A stretch of 64,000 bases of DNA, taken from the NCBI RefSeq assembly GCF_009914755.1, contig NC_060927.1. One strand, given 5' to 3'. Below the pieces are notes generated by a model. It was not told the DNA's origin. It saw only the letters and a list, made by a program, of their open reading frames with translations, and ran no database searches. Of this stretch, positions 14,320 to 29,195 are shown piece after piece. The number at the start of each line of letters is the position of its first letter. The stretch's first letter is position 1. Position numbers and translations under genes: made by a program. This DNA comes from the human T2T-CHM13v2.0 reference genome, Homo sapiens.

Positions 14320-16533
14320 TCCTGCATGCTGACTTTGTGTCCTACTATTTTGCTCAATTCATTTATTAGTTCTAACGGGATTTTTTTTTTGGTGGGGGGA
14401 ATCTTTAGGGTTTTACATATGTAAGATCATATTATCTGCAAACAGAGATTACTTACTTCGTTCTTTCCAACTTGGATGCCTTTCATTTCTTTCTTTCCTT
14501 TTTTTTTTTTTTTTTTTTTTGCCTAATTGCTCTGGCTAGAACTTCTAGTAAGTACCATGTTGAATAGAAGTGGTGAAAGTAGGCATCCTTTTCTTATTGT
14601 TGATTTTAAAAGAAGAGTTTTCAGTCTTTCACCACTGAGTATGATGTATGATGTATGCTGTGGGTTATTCACATATAGCCTTTATCGTGTTGAGTTAGTT
14701 TCCTTTTCTTCCTTATTTGTTGAGAGTTTTTATTATAAAATGGTGTTGAATTTTGTCAAATGCTTTTTCTACATCAATTGAGATGTTGTGTGTTTTTTCC
14801 CATTCAGTCTCTTATTAGATATTACATTGATCAATATTCATATGTTGAACAATTCTTGCATCTCAGGAATAAATCCCACTTGGTCATGGTGTATAATTCT
14901 TTTAATATGCTGCTGTATTTGGTTTGCTAGTATTTTTCTGATAATTTCATGCCAGTGTTCATAAGGGATATTGTTTTGTAGCTTTTTTTTTCTAGTAGTG
15001 TATTTGTGTGACTTTGTTGTTAGGGTACTGTTGGCCTTACAGAATGAGTTAGGAAGTACTCCCTCATTTTCAGTATTTTGGAAAAGTTTGAGAAGGATTG
15101 GTTTTAATCCTTCTTTAAATGTTTGTTATAATTCCTCTGCGAAGCCATGGGGGCTTTTCTTTGTCAGGAGATGTCTTTTGTATATAGTTATGGGTTACAA
15201 TATGATATTTTGATGTATGTATACATGGCAAAATGATTACATCAAGCTACTTAACATATCCAGCACCTGAAATATGTATCTTTTTTGTAGTGAGAGCATT
15301 TAAAATGTGCTGTCTTAGCAATTTTCAAGTATACAGTATACTATTATCAACTATAGTCACCATGCTGTGTAATAGATCTCTAAAACTAATTCTCCTAAAT
15401 GAAACTTTGCATTTTTTCACCAACATCAGAGATGAGATTTTTTTGACAACTGAGTCAATTTCTTTATTGTTGTAGGTCTATTCAGATTTTCTGTTTCTCT
15501 GTGGTTAGTGTTGGTAGATTTTGTGTTTCTAGGAATTTGTCCATTTCTTCTAGATTCTTCAGTTGGTTGATGTGTAATTGTTATAGGATTGCCTTATCAT
15601 CCTTTTTATTTCTGTATAATGAGTAGTAATATTCCATTTTTCATTTCTGACTTTAGTAATTTGAGTCTTCTCTTTTTTTTCTTCGTTCATCTAGCTAAAG
15701 GTTTGTGAATTTTGTTCATCTTTCCAAAGAACCAACTTTTGGTTTCACTGATTTTTTCTATTGTTTCTCTATTTTTAATTTGTCTCTGCTCTAATCTTTA
15801 TTATACCCTTTGTTCTGATGGCTGTGTGTTTATTTTGTTGTTCTTTTTCTAGTTCCTTATGTTATAAAGTTATTTGTTTGAGACTTTTTTAAAAAGTAAA
15901 CTAAAAATTTTGGCCTTAGCACTGTTTTTGCTGCATCCCACGAGTTTTGGTATGTTTTCATTTTCATTTGTATTTAAGTATTTTCTATTTCCCTTCATAT
16001 TTCTTCTTTGATCAATTGGTTGTTTAACAGTGTATTGTTTAATTTCTTCAAATTTGTGACTATTGCAGTTTTACATCTGTTGATTTCTAACTTCATCCCA
16101 TTGTGGCTGGAGAAGATCCTTTGTATGTTCTGTATTTTTGAAATCTAGTGAGACTTAATTATTGGCCTAACGTATGATCTGTCCTGAAAAATGTGCACTT
16201 GATTAGAATGTATATGCTATGGTTTGGTCGAGTGTTCTGTATATGTCTGTTAGATTAGTTGATTTATTGTGTTAAATTCTCTCTTTATATTCTATCTGGT
16301 TGTTTTATTTAATATTGTGAGTTTGACATTGAAGTATGCAACTACTATCATAGAACTGTCTACTTCCTTCAATTTTGTCAGTTTTTGCTTATATTTTGAT
16401 GGTCTGTCATTAGATAAGTAAATATTGTTGTATTGAAACATTTTGTTAATATGTAATTACTTTCTTTGTCTCTTGTAACCTTTTTACATTTAAAGTACAT
16501 TTTGTCTAATATTAGTATAGACACACCTGTTCT
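14320..16533 (-). mobile_element. Old L1M (L1MA/MB-type) ORF2 fragment
   Basis: Antisense ORF2 motifs (tatctgcaaacagag, gaattttgtcaaatgcttt, aaatcccacttggtcatgg). Confidence 0.85.
15176..15428 (-). mobile_element. Short L1MA 3'-end insertion
   Basis: L1MA 3'UTR motifs (cttagcaattttcaagtatac, ctatagtcaccatgctgt). Host sequence resumes; gagat present on both sides. Confidence 0.75.
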
Positions 16534-16534
16534 G

Positions 16535-17039
16535 ATAACATGTTGAAAAAACTAAAGGAAGATATGGAGAAAGTCAAGAAAATGATGTATAAGCAAAATG
16601 GAAATATTGATAAAGAAATAGCAAACAAAAAAATAGAAATTTGAGAGCTGAAAATTACAATACTTTAAATAAAAAAATTACCAGAACAATTCAAAGACAG
16701 ATTTAAGCAGACAGAAGAATCAGCAAACTTGAAGATAGCGCAATGAAAATTATTGAGTCTAAAGAACGAGAAAAGGTGGAACATAAGTGAATGGAACAGA
16801 AGGGACCTGTGGGACACCATCAAGTGGACCAACATGTGTATAGTGGGAATCCCAGAAAGAAAAAAGAAAGTTATAGAGAGAATATTTGAAGAAATAATGA
16901 CCAAAGCTTTCCGAATTTGATGAAAGAAATGAATATAAGCATCCAAGATGCTCAACAAACTCCAGGTAAGATGGATTCATATTGAGACACATTATAATCA
17001 GACTTTAAAAAGTCAAGCAAAGAAAGAATCCTGAAAGCA
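16535..17039 (+). mobile_element. L1M ORF1 fragment in inverted orientation
   Basis: Sense ORF1 motifs (ggacctgtgggacaccatcaag, gaatatttgaagaaataatg, gaaagaatcctgaaagca). Confidence 0.8.
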
Positions 17040-18532
17040 CATTTAATTTTCTAAGAAGATGCCAAACAATTTTCCAGAGTAGTCGTACAATTTTGTTCCC
17101 ACCAGCAGTGTATGAATGGTCTAGTATTTCCACATTATTACCAGAATATTGTATTATCAGTATTTTTAAGTTTTAGTCGTTTTGATAATGCTGTAGTAAG
17201 AACTAATTGTGGTACTAATTTTCATTTCATGCTGGCTAATGACATTGAATAAACATGTTATTTGCCATCTGTATAATATCTTCCTTGAAATATGTATTTA
17301 TATTTTTTGCCCATTTTATATTTTGATTATTTCTTTTTTGTAAAGTTGTGTTTCAAGAGTTTTTATATATTCTAGAGACTAGTCCTTTGTTGGATATATG
17401 GTTTTCATTTATTTTCTTTCATTTCTTAACTTGTATTTTCACCCTCTTAACTTGACAGGGTTCTTCACAGAGGACGGCTTATCAGTTTTTTAAAAAATAG
17501 ATTGTGCTCGTGGTTTCACCTCTTAGAATTCTTTGCTTAGCTCTGAATATTGATGATTTTTTCCTTTTTTTAAAAAATAAAATTTACATTTCTACATTTT
17601 ATACTTAAATATTAGTTTTATTAATATTTTATTTGTGTTGTCTTAATTTGATTTTGTTATCTGGGTAATACTATCTTCATAAAGTAAATTAGGAAGTATT
17701 CCTTTTATTTGCTTTCTGGAAGTTTTTGTGACAAATTCTTGTTAATTCTTTGTTAAATGTTTGGTAGAATTCTCTGGTGAAACCAACTGGGTCTGGAGAT
17801 AATTTCATGAGAGATTTGATATTCCAAATTTAATTTACTTAGTAAATTATAGGACTATTTTGTTTGTTGCCTTCATCTTGGTTTAGTTTTTGTAGTTTGT
17901 CATCAGTCTTACCTGATGGTTTTTCAGGTATATTTATTTTTTTTTCAAGAACTAGCCTGTTGCTGCAGTTGATTTTCTCTTTTTTTTTTCCTGTTATTAT
18001 TTCTTCCTTTCTCTGCTTTTAGTTTATTTTGCTCTTTTTTTCTAGTTTCTTGAAGTAGGAACTTAGATTATTGGTACTCTGATTTGGTGCTCTGTCTTTT
18101 GTAAGGTTTTACTAAGTGTTATTAATTATTCTCTCTGCACTGCTTTAGCTGTTTTAATACAGGTGTTTTTTTCATTTAGTTATATTTATTTTTCAAAATT
18201 TCCTTTCAGACTTCTTCTTTGAATCATGAGCTCCTTAGAAGTGTACTAATTAATTTGCAAGTGTTTGGAAACCTTCTTCTTGTTTTGTTATTGATTTCTA
18301 GTTTAATTCCATTGTGTTAAGAAAAAACACTCTGCTTCACCTCAATTGTTTTAAATTTTAAAGTTTTTGAGATTTGTTTTATTGCCTAGGGTATGGTTTG
18401 TCTTGGGAATACTCTGTGAACTCTGGAGAAACATGTATGTTGTTCTTTTGTTGGATGAAATATTCTATATTTGTCAAATAGATACTGTTGGTTGATTGTG
18501 TTGTTGAGTTCTATATCCTTGCTAATTTTCTT

Positions 18533-19440
18533 TAAAAAATTTTTTTAGAGATGAAAGGGGTACAAGTGCAGTTTTGTTACATGAGCATATTATGTAGTGG
18601 TTTGCCTAGGCTTTTAGTGTAGCCATCACAAATAGTGTCCATTGTACCCACAAGGTCATTTATCATCCCTCTCCCTGTTCCCACTCTTCCACTTTTCTGA
18701 GTCTTCACTGTGAATTATTTCACTCTCTATGTTTATGTGTACACATTATTTAATTCCTACTTACAAGTGAGAACATGTGATATTTGACTTTATTTCTGAG
18801 ATATTTCACTTAAAATAATGGACTCCAGTTCCATCCTTGTTTTTGCAAAAGACATGATTTCATTCTTTTTTTAAGGCCGAATAATATTCCATGGAATATA
18901 TATACACCACACTTTATTTCTCTTACTATCCATCGATAGACACTTAAGTTGATTCCATATCTCTGCTATTGTGACTTGTGCTGTGCTAAATGTATAAGTG
19001 CAGTTATCTTTTGATACAATGATTTCTCTTCCTTTCGGTAGGTACCCAGTAGTGGGATTGCTGAGTCAACTGTTTTATGTTTTCCATAGAAGTTGTGCAA
19101 ATTTACATTCCAACAAGCAATGTATAATTGTTCCCTTTTCTGTGCATCCTCATCAATATCTGTTGTTGATTGACTTTTAAATAATAGCCATTCTGACTGG
19201 TGTAAGATGGTATCTCGCTGTGGTTTAATTTGTATTATTCTGATGATTTGTGATATTGAGTATCTTTTCATATGTTTATTCGCAATTTATATGTCTTCCT
19301 TTGCAAAATGTCTGTTCATGTAATTTGCCCACTCTTTAATGGGTTTGCTTTTTTTGCTGTTGTTGAGTTGTTTGAATTCCTTGTAGATTCTGCATGTGAC
19401 TTAACCTGTCGGATGCATAGTTTGCAAATATTTGTCCCAT
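18533..19440 (-). mobile_element. 5'-truncated L1PB-type 3' end
   Basis: gggtacaagtgcagttttgttacatg 3' end plus ORF2 C-terminal remnant (18966-19271). Confidence 0.85.
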
Positions 19441-19662
19441 TCTGTCTGGTAGTTCTATAATATGCTGAGAGTGGAGTAAATTGGGGACTATAACTCGAAT
19501 TTTATGTTTCTCCATTTCTCTTTCCCGCTCTACTAGTTTTTGTTTTACGTATTACGTATTTTGAGGCTGTGTGGTTTGGTTTGCACTCATTTAGGATTGT
19601 TATGTCCCACTGGTGAATTGATCCTTTTATCATTACATAATGTTTTCATTTGTCACAAGTAA

Positions 19663-21831
<2,169 letters not shown>

Positions 21832-21996
21832 AAAATCCATATAGTGATTGCTGCTTTTTAAAAAAATTAATATTTATATGGTATATTTCTTTCCATGTTT
21901 TTGCTTTAAATTGACCTATGTCATTGTATTTGAAATGATTTATTGTAGAGAACATTTTTTTGGATCACTAAAGAAAATCTATGTCAATCTGCTTTT

Positions 21997-24902
21997 TTCT
22001 TTAAAAAAACTTATTTATTTATTTATTTTTAGATTGATTCTTAATATTTCTCTGTATTTATGGAGCATAGGCAATATTTCATTACATGAATACAATGTGT
22101 AGTGATCAACTCAGAATGTTTAGCATATCCATTACCTCAAGTGTTTATTATTTATATATGTTGGGAACATTTTAAGTCCTGTCTCCTAGCTATTTTGAAA
22201 TATAAAACAACATTGTTTTTAATTATAATCACCCTACTCTGCTATTGAACATTAGACCTCATTCCTTCTATCTAGTTGTATATTTGTACCCATTAACTAA
22301 CCTCTCTTGTCCTTCCCCCATGCAGCCTTCCTCACCTCTGTTAAACTACCATTCTACACTCTACCTTCATGAGATCAATTTTTTTTATCTACTACATATG
22401 AGTGAGAATATGTGATGTTTATATTTCTGTGACTGGCTGATTTTACTTAACATGATGGACGTGCAGTTCTATCCATGCTGCTGCAAATGACAGGATTTTA
22501 TTCTTTTTTTAAATAACTGAATAGATTTCATTTTGTATATATACCACATTTTTCTTATTATTTATCCATTGATGGAAACTTAGCTTGATTCTATATCTTT
22601 GCATTTATGAATAGTGCTGTAATAAACATGGAACTGCAGATATTCCTTTGTTACACTAATTTCCTTTCCTTTGGATAAATACTCAGTAGTAGAATGCTGG
22701 ATAATATGGTAGTTCTATTTTTAGCTTTTTGAGGAACCTTAATATTGTTTTCTGTAATGCCTATACTAATTTACACTGCCGCCACCCGTGTATAAGAGTT
22801 CCTTTTCTCCACATCCTTGCCAGTATCTGCTATTTTTGTCTTTTTGATAATAGACATTTTAACTGGAGTAAGATGATATCTCATTGTGGTTTTGATTTGC
22901 ATGTATCTGATGTTTAGTGATGTTAAGCATTTTTCGTGTGCCTTTTGACCATTTGTATGTCTTCTTTTGAGAAATGTCTGCCCTGGTCTTTTGCCCAGTT
23001 TTTAATGGGATTATTTATTTGTTTGTTTGATTTTGCTGTTGAACTATTTGAGTTCCTTATATACTCTGGATATTAGTCCTTTGTTAGATGGATAGTTTGC
23101 AAATATGTTCTCTTATTGAACAGGTAGCCTCTTCACTCTGTTAATTGTTTTCTTGGCTCTGCAGTAGGTTTTCAATTTAATACCATCTTATTTGTCTATT
23201 TTTGTTTTTGTTGCGTATGCTTTTACAGTCTTTCTTAATAAATCATTTCTTATACCATGTACTGCAGTGTTTCCCCTATGTTTTCTTCTAGTATTTTCAG
23301 TTCCAGGTCTTATGTTTAAGGCTTTAAGCATTTGGAGTTGAGTTTTGCGTATTCTGAGATTTAGGGGTCTAGTTTCATTGTTCTACATAAGGATATGTCC
23401 AGTTTTCCCAACCCTGTTTATTGAGGAGACTGTCCTTTCCCCATTGTATGTTCTTTGCACCAAATGAGTTGGTTGTAAATATGTGGATTTATTTGTGAAT
23501 TCTGTGTTCTGTTCCATTGGTCTACATGTCTGTTTTTATATCCATATCATGCTGTTTTGTCTATATTGCCTTGTAATATATTTTGACATCAGGTAGTGTG
23601 ATGCTTCCAGCTTTGTTCTTTTTCTTTAGGATTGCTTTTGCTACTCAGGCTCTTTTTGGTTCCATATAAATTTTAGGATTTTTTTCTATTTTTGTGAGAA
23701 TATCATTGATTTTTTTAATAGAGATTGCATTGAATGTACAGATGGCTTTGGGTAGTATGGTCATTTAGATAATAATAATTCTTCCAATTCATGAGCATGG
23801 GATATGTTTCCATCTGTTTGTGTCCTCTTAAATTTCTTTCATCAGTGTTTTGTAGTTTTCCTTGGAGAGGTCTTTCAACTCCTTTGTTAAATGTATTCCT
23901 TTTTATTTTTGTGACTGTTGTAAACGGGATTGCTGTCTCAATTTCTTTTTCAGCTTTTTCATAATTGATGTATAGAAATGCTACTGATTTTTGTGTGCCA
24001 ATTTTTTTTTGTCCTGCAACTTTAATGAATTTGTTTATTAGTTCTAAGAATTTTTTGGTGCAGTCTTTAAGTTTTTCTGAATATAAGATTATTTCTGCAA
24101 AGGGACAGTTTGACTTCCTCTTTTCTAATTTGGATGCCTTTTATTTTTTTCTCCTGCCTAATTGCTCTGGCTAGAATTTTCAGTACTATGTTTTATGGAT
24201 GTGGTGAAAATGGATATCCTTTTCTTTTTCTGTGTCTTAGAAAAAAGGCTGTCAGCATTTCCACATTCAGTATGATGTTAGCTGTGGGTTTATCATATAT
24301 GACCTTTTTCATGTTAAGGTATGTTTCTTCAATGCCTAGTTTGTTGAGCATTTTTTATTTTGAGAGTTGAGATGTTGAATTTTATCTAGTCCTTTTCTCT
24401 GTTTAGATGATCATATGATTTGTGTCCTTATTTTGTTGATGTATTTCATTTACTGCTTTGCAAATGTTGAAGTACCCTTGCCTCTCTGAGATAAATCCTA
24501 CTTGATCATGCTATATTATCTTTCTGATGTGCCGTTTAATTGGGTTTGCTAGTATTCTGTTGATTTTTGCATCTTTTTTCATCATGAGTAATGGTCTGTA
24601 GTTTTCTTTTTTGTTGCATGGTTTTCTGGTTTTTTTAATCAGGGTATTTCTGGCCTTATACATTGAATTAGGGGGAATTTACTCTTCAATTTTTTGGAAT
24701 AGTTTGAGGACAATTGGTGTTAGTTCTTCATACATTTGGTAGAACTTGGCAGTGAAGCCATTGGGTCCTGGGCTTTTCTTTGTTGGAAGACTTTTTATTA
24801 CTGATTCAATCTTGTTATCCATTATTGGCTGTCCAGGTTTTCTATTTTTTTTCCAGGTTCAATTTTGGGAGGTTTTATGTAACCAGGAGTTTATCCATTT
24901 CC
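21997..24902 (-). mobile_element. 5'-truncated L1MA (L1MA2/3-like), ~2.9 kb
   Basis: L1MA 3'UTR plus ORF2. TSD tcaatctgctttt (21984-21996) vs tcaacctactttt (24903-24915). Confidence 0.85.
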
Positions 24903-25004
24903 TCAACCTACTTTTAAAAATTGATATATTAAGACATTTACCATTAAGGTAATTATATTTTAGGGATTAAGTCTGCAAATTAAAAAAGTGTTTTCTGCTT
25001 GTTT

Positions 25005-25312
25005 TCTCTTTTTGTTTTCTTTTCCTATTTTGAAACAGAATTTTTCTCTGTCATCCAGGCTGGAATGCAATGGCATGATCATGGCTCACAGCAACCTTGA
25101 CCTTCTAGGCTCAAGCGATCCTTTCACTTCAGCCTCCCCAGTAGCTGGGATCGCAGGAGTGTTCCACCATGCCTGGCTAATTTTTTTATTTTTTGTAGAT
25201 GTAGGGTTTCCCTATGTCAACCAGGCTGATCTTGAACTCCTGGGCTCAAGTGATCCTTCTGCCTTGGCCTCCCAAATATCTAGAATTACAGGCATAAGCC
25301 ACCACACCTGGC
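25005..25312 (-). mobile_element. AluJ
   Basis: Dimeric Alu with ggctcaag(c/t)gatcct in both arms (AluJ diagnostic) and a degenerate T tail. Confidence 0.92.
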
Positions 25313-27629
25313 TGTTTCCTGTTTTTCTTGTTCTTCTGTTTCTCTTTTCTTACCTTCTTGTGCATTAATTGAACATTTTTAATGATTTAATGTTGATTTA
25401 TTTATGTTGTTTTGAGTATATTGCTTTGTAGAATTTTCTTAATGATTTCTCTCGGTAGTACAATAAACATGTAAATTATCACAGTCTACAGTTATCAACA
25501 TTTTTTTTTACTCTTAGTGAGGCATGGAAACCTTACTTCCACTTAAGTCTCCTTACCCTAGAATAATATAATTTTCTTAAGTATTTTTTACATACATTGA
25601 GCGCCATATCAGATAATGTTATAACTGTGGATTCAACAATCAAATATGACTTACGAAACTAATAAGAATTAGAATAGTTTATTATATTGAACCACATTTT
25701 CCACCCGTTCTTATGTTACTATTTCCTCTCTGAAGTTTCAAGACTTCTTTTCTTATCATTTCCTTTCTGCTGGGGAAATTCCTTTAGCCATTTTCAAGGG
25801 TAGGTTTTACAGAATCAAATTATCTTAGTTTTTCTTCATCTGAGAATGTCTTTATTTCACTCTCATTCCTGAAGGATATTTTTTTCTGGGTGTAGAATAC
25901 ACAATTAGCAGTTTTCTTTCAGAACCTGAAAAATGTAACGTCTCCTTCTGGCCTCTATAGTTTCAGAAGAGAGACATGCTATCATTCAAATTCATTTTTA
26001 TTTGTAATACAGTATTTTTTTCTGGCTGCTTTCCATATTTTTGTTTTGTTTTGTTTTAGTTTTTAAAGCTTAATTATGATGTGCCTTGGCATGCATATCT
26101 CTGGGTTTATCTTATTTGGTGTTTACGCAGATTTTTGAATCTATAAGTTTACATTTTCAATAAAATTGGGAAATTTTTAGTGATAGTTATTTTTAATTTA
26201 AAAATTTAAATTAATATAATGTATATTTAAGGTATACAATGTCATATATATTTTTTGAACTGATTACTATAGTCAAGTCAATTAACATATCTTTGTCTTC
26301 ATATACTCACATAGTTACCATTTTGAGGAGTGTTGAGACTTAAGGTCTGTTCTTTTAGCAAACTTCAAGTATACAACACAGTATTAGTAGCTATAGTCAT
26401 CATGCTCTAAATTAAACCTCTAAAACTCATTCATCCTGTATAACTGAAACTTTGTACACTTTAACTAATATCTCCCCATTTTCCCAGCCTCCTTGGCACT
26501 GGTAGCCACCATTTTACCCTGCTCCTATGAATTCAACTTTTTTAGATTTCACATATATGTGTAATCACACACTGTTTTTCTATCTGTGTCTGGAGTTTTT
26601 CACTTATCTTAATATCCTCCACATTCATCCATGTTGTTGCAAATGAGAGAAATTCCCACTTTTCTTGCTTTCCAACTTTTATTCTAGGTTCAGGGGGGTA
26701 CATGTTCAGGTTTGTTACATGGGTAAATTGCATGTCATGGGGATTTGGTCTACAGATTATATCATCACTCAGGTAATGAGCATAGTAGTCAATAGTTTTT
26801 CAATCCTTATCCTCCTTTCACTGACCACCCTGAAGTAGGCACTGGTGTTTCATCATTTTTATCCATGTGTACTCAATGTTCAGCTCCCACTTATGTAAGT
26901 GAGAACATGCAGTATTGGTTTTCTGTTCCTGTGTTGACATGCTTAGTATAATGGCCTCTAGCTCCATCCATGTTACTGCAAAGGAAATGATTTTTTTTAT
27001 GGCTGCATAATTTTCCATGGTGTATATGTATCACACTTCCTTTATCCCATTCACCACTGATAGACATTTAGGTTGATTCCATGTCTTTCCTATTGTGAAT
27101 AGTGCTTCACTGAACATATGCATGCATGTGTCTTTATGGTAGAATGATTTATATTGTCTTGGGTATATACCCACTAGTGGGATTGTTTAGTTGAATGATA
27201 GTTCTGTTTTAAGTTCTTTGAGAATTCTCCAAACTGATTTCCACAGGAGTGGAACTAATTTACATTGCCATCAGCAGTGAATAAGCATTCCCTTTTCTCC
27301 ATAACTGTGCCAATATCTGTTATTTTTTGACTTTTCAATAGCCATTCTGACTGGTATGATATATTTTATTGTGATTTTAATGTGCATTTCTCTAATGATT
27401 GAGCATTTTTTCATACGCTTGTTGGCCATGTGTATGTCTTCTTTTGAGTAGCATCTGTTCATGTCCTTTGCCCAATTTTTAGTGGGGTTGTTTGTTTTTT
27501 GCTTTTTAATTTGTTTTTAAGCTTTTGTAGTCTGGATATTAGACCTTTGTCAGATGCATAGCTTGCAAATATTTTCTCTCATTCTGTAGATTGTCTGTTT
27601 ACTCTGTTGATAGTTTCCTGTGCTGTGTA

Positions 27630-28800
27630 GAGAGGCAATGAAAAAAGAAAACTTCAGGTCAATATTGTCTTTGAATGTGGATGCAGAAATATAAGCAAAT
27701 GAAATAGAAGCAAACTGAATTCAGCGGCACATCAAAAAGCTGATCCACTAAGATCAAATACACTTTATACCTAGAATGCAAGGTTTGTTCAACATATGCA
27801 AATCAATAATTTTGATTCATCACATAAACAGAGCTAAAGACAAAAACCACATGATCATCTCAATAGTTGCAGATAAAGCTTTCTATACAATTCAAGATCC
27901 CTTCATGTTAAAAACCCTCAACAAACAAAGCATTGAAGGAACATACTTCAAAATAATTAGTGCCGTCTATGAAAATCCCACAGCCAACATCATACTGAAT
28001 GGGCAATAGCTGTAATTATTCCCCTTGAAAACCACAACAAGACAAATGTGCCCCCTTTTACCACTCCAATTCAACATAGTACTGGAAGTCCTAGCCAGAG
28101 CAATCAGGGAAGAGAAAGAAGTAAAGTCCTCCAAATAGGAAGAGAGGAAGTTAAATGATCCCTGTTTGCAGACAATATGATTTTATACCCAGGAAACCCT
28201 GTAATCTGTGCCCCAAAGGTCCTTGATCTGATAAACATCTTTGGCAAAGTTTTTTTTTAATATTATACTTTAAATTTTGGGGTACATGTGCAGAACGTGC
28301 AGGTTTGTTACATAGGTATACACGTGCCATGGTGGTTTGCTGCACCCATCAACCCATCATCTACATTAGGTATTTCTCCTAATGCTATCCCTCCCCTAGC
28401 TGACCATTCCCCAACAGGCCCCAGTGTGTGATATTCCCCTGCCTGTGTCCATGTGTTCTTATTGTTCAACTCCTAATTAGGAGTGAGAACACGTGGTGTT
28501 TGGTTTTCTGTTTTTCTGTTAGTTTGCTGCAAAGTTTTAAGATACAAAAATTGATGTTCAAAAATCAATAGCATTCCTATACACCAAAAACATCCAAGCT
28601 GAGAGTTAAATCAAGAATGCATTCCTCTTCACAATAGCCACAAAATGAACAAAAATCTAGGAATGCAGCTAACCTGGGCAGTGGAAGATCTGTACAATCA
28701 GAATTACAAAATATTGCTGAATGAAGTGAGAGCTGACAGAAATGAATGGAAAAACACTCCAATCTCATGGATAGGAAGAATCAATATTGTTAAGATGGTC
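27630..28800 (+). mobile_element. Inverted internal ORF2 (RT) segment of the surrounding L1
   Basis: Sense RT fragment [10 protein letters not shown]...KNHMIISI (27776-28009) flanked by antisense L1 on both sides. Confidence 0.85.
28254..28528 (-). mobile_element. Short L1PA7-type 3' end
   Basis: Exact TSD gcaaagtttt at 28244-28253 and 28529-28538. 3'UTR catctacattaggtatttctcc...cccctagc. Confidence 0.92.
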
Positions 28801-28938
28801 AATGAATTTCTTGATTTCTGCTTAATTTCATTGTTTACTCAAAAATCATTGAGGAGTAGATTGTTTAATTTTCATATAATTGTATGTTTTGTGAGATCTT
28901 CATATTGATTTCTGTTTTTGTTGTCCTATGGTCTGAGT

Positions 28939-29195
<257 letters not shown>

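Noticed and set aside
24988-25368. 126-aa ORF (also 47688-47945 and 53803-54033)
   Set aside because: These are Alu-derived reading frames.
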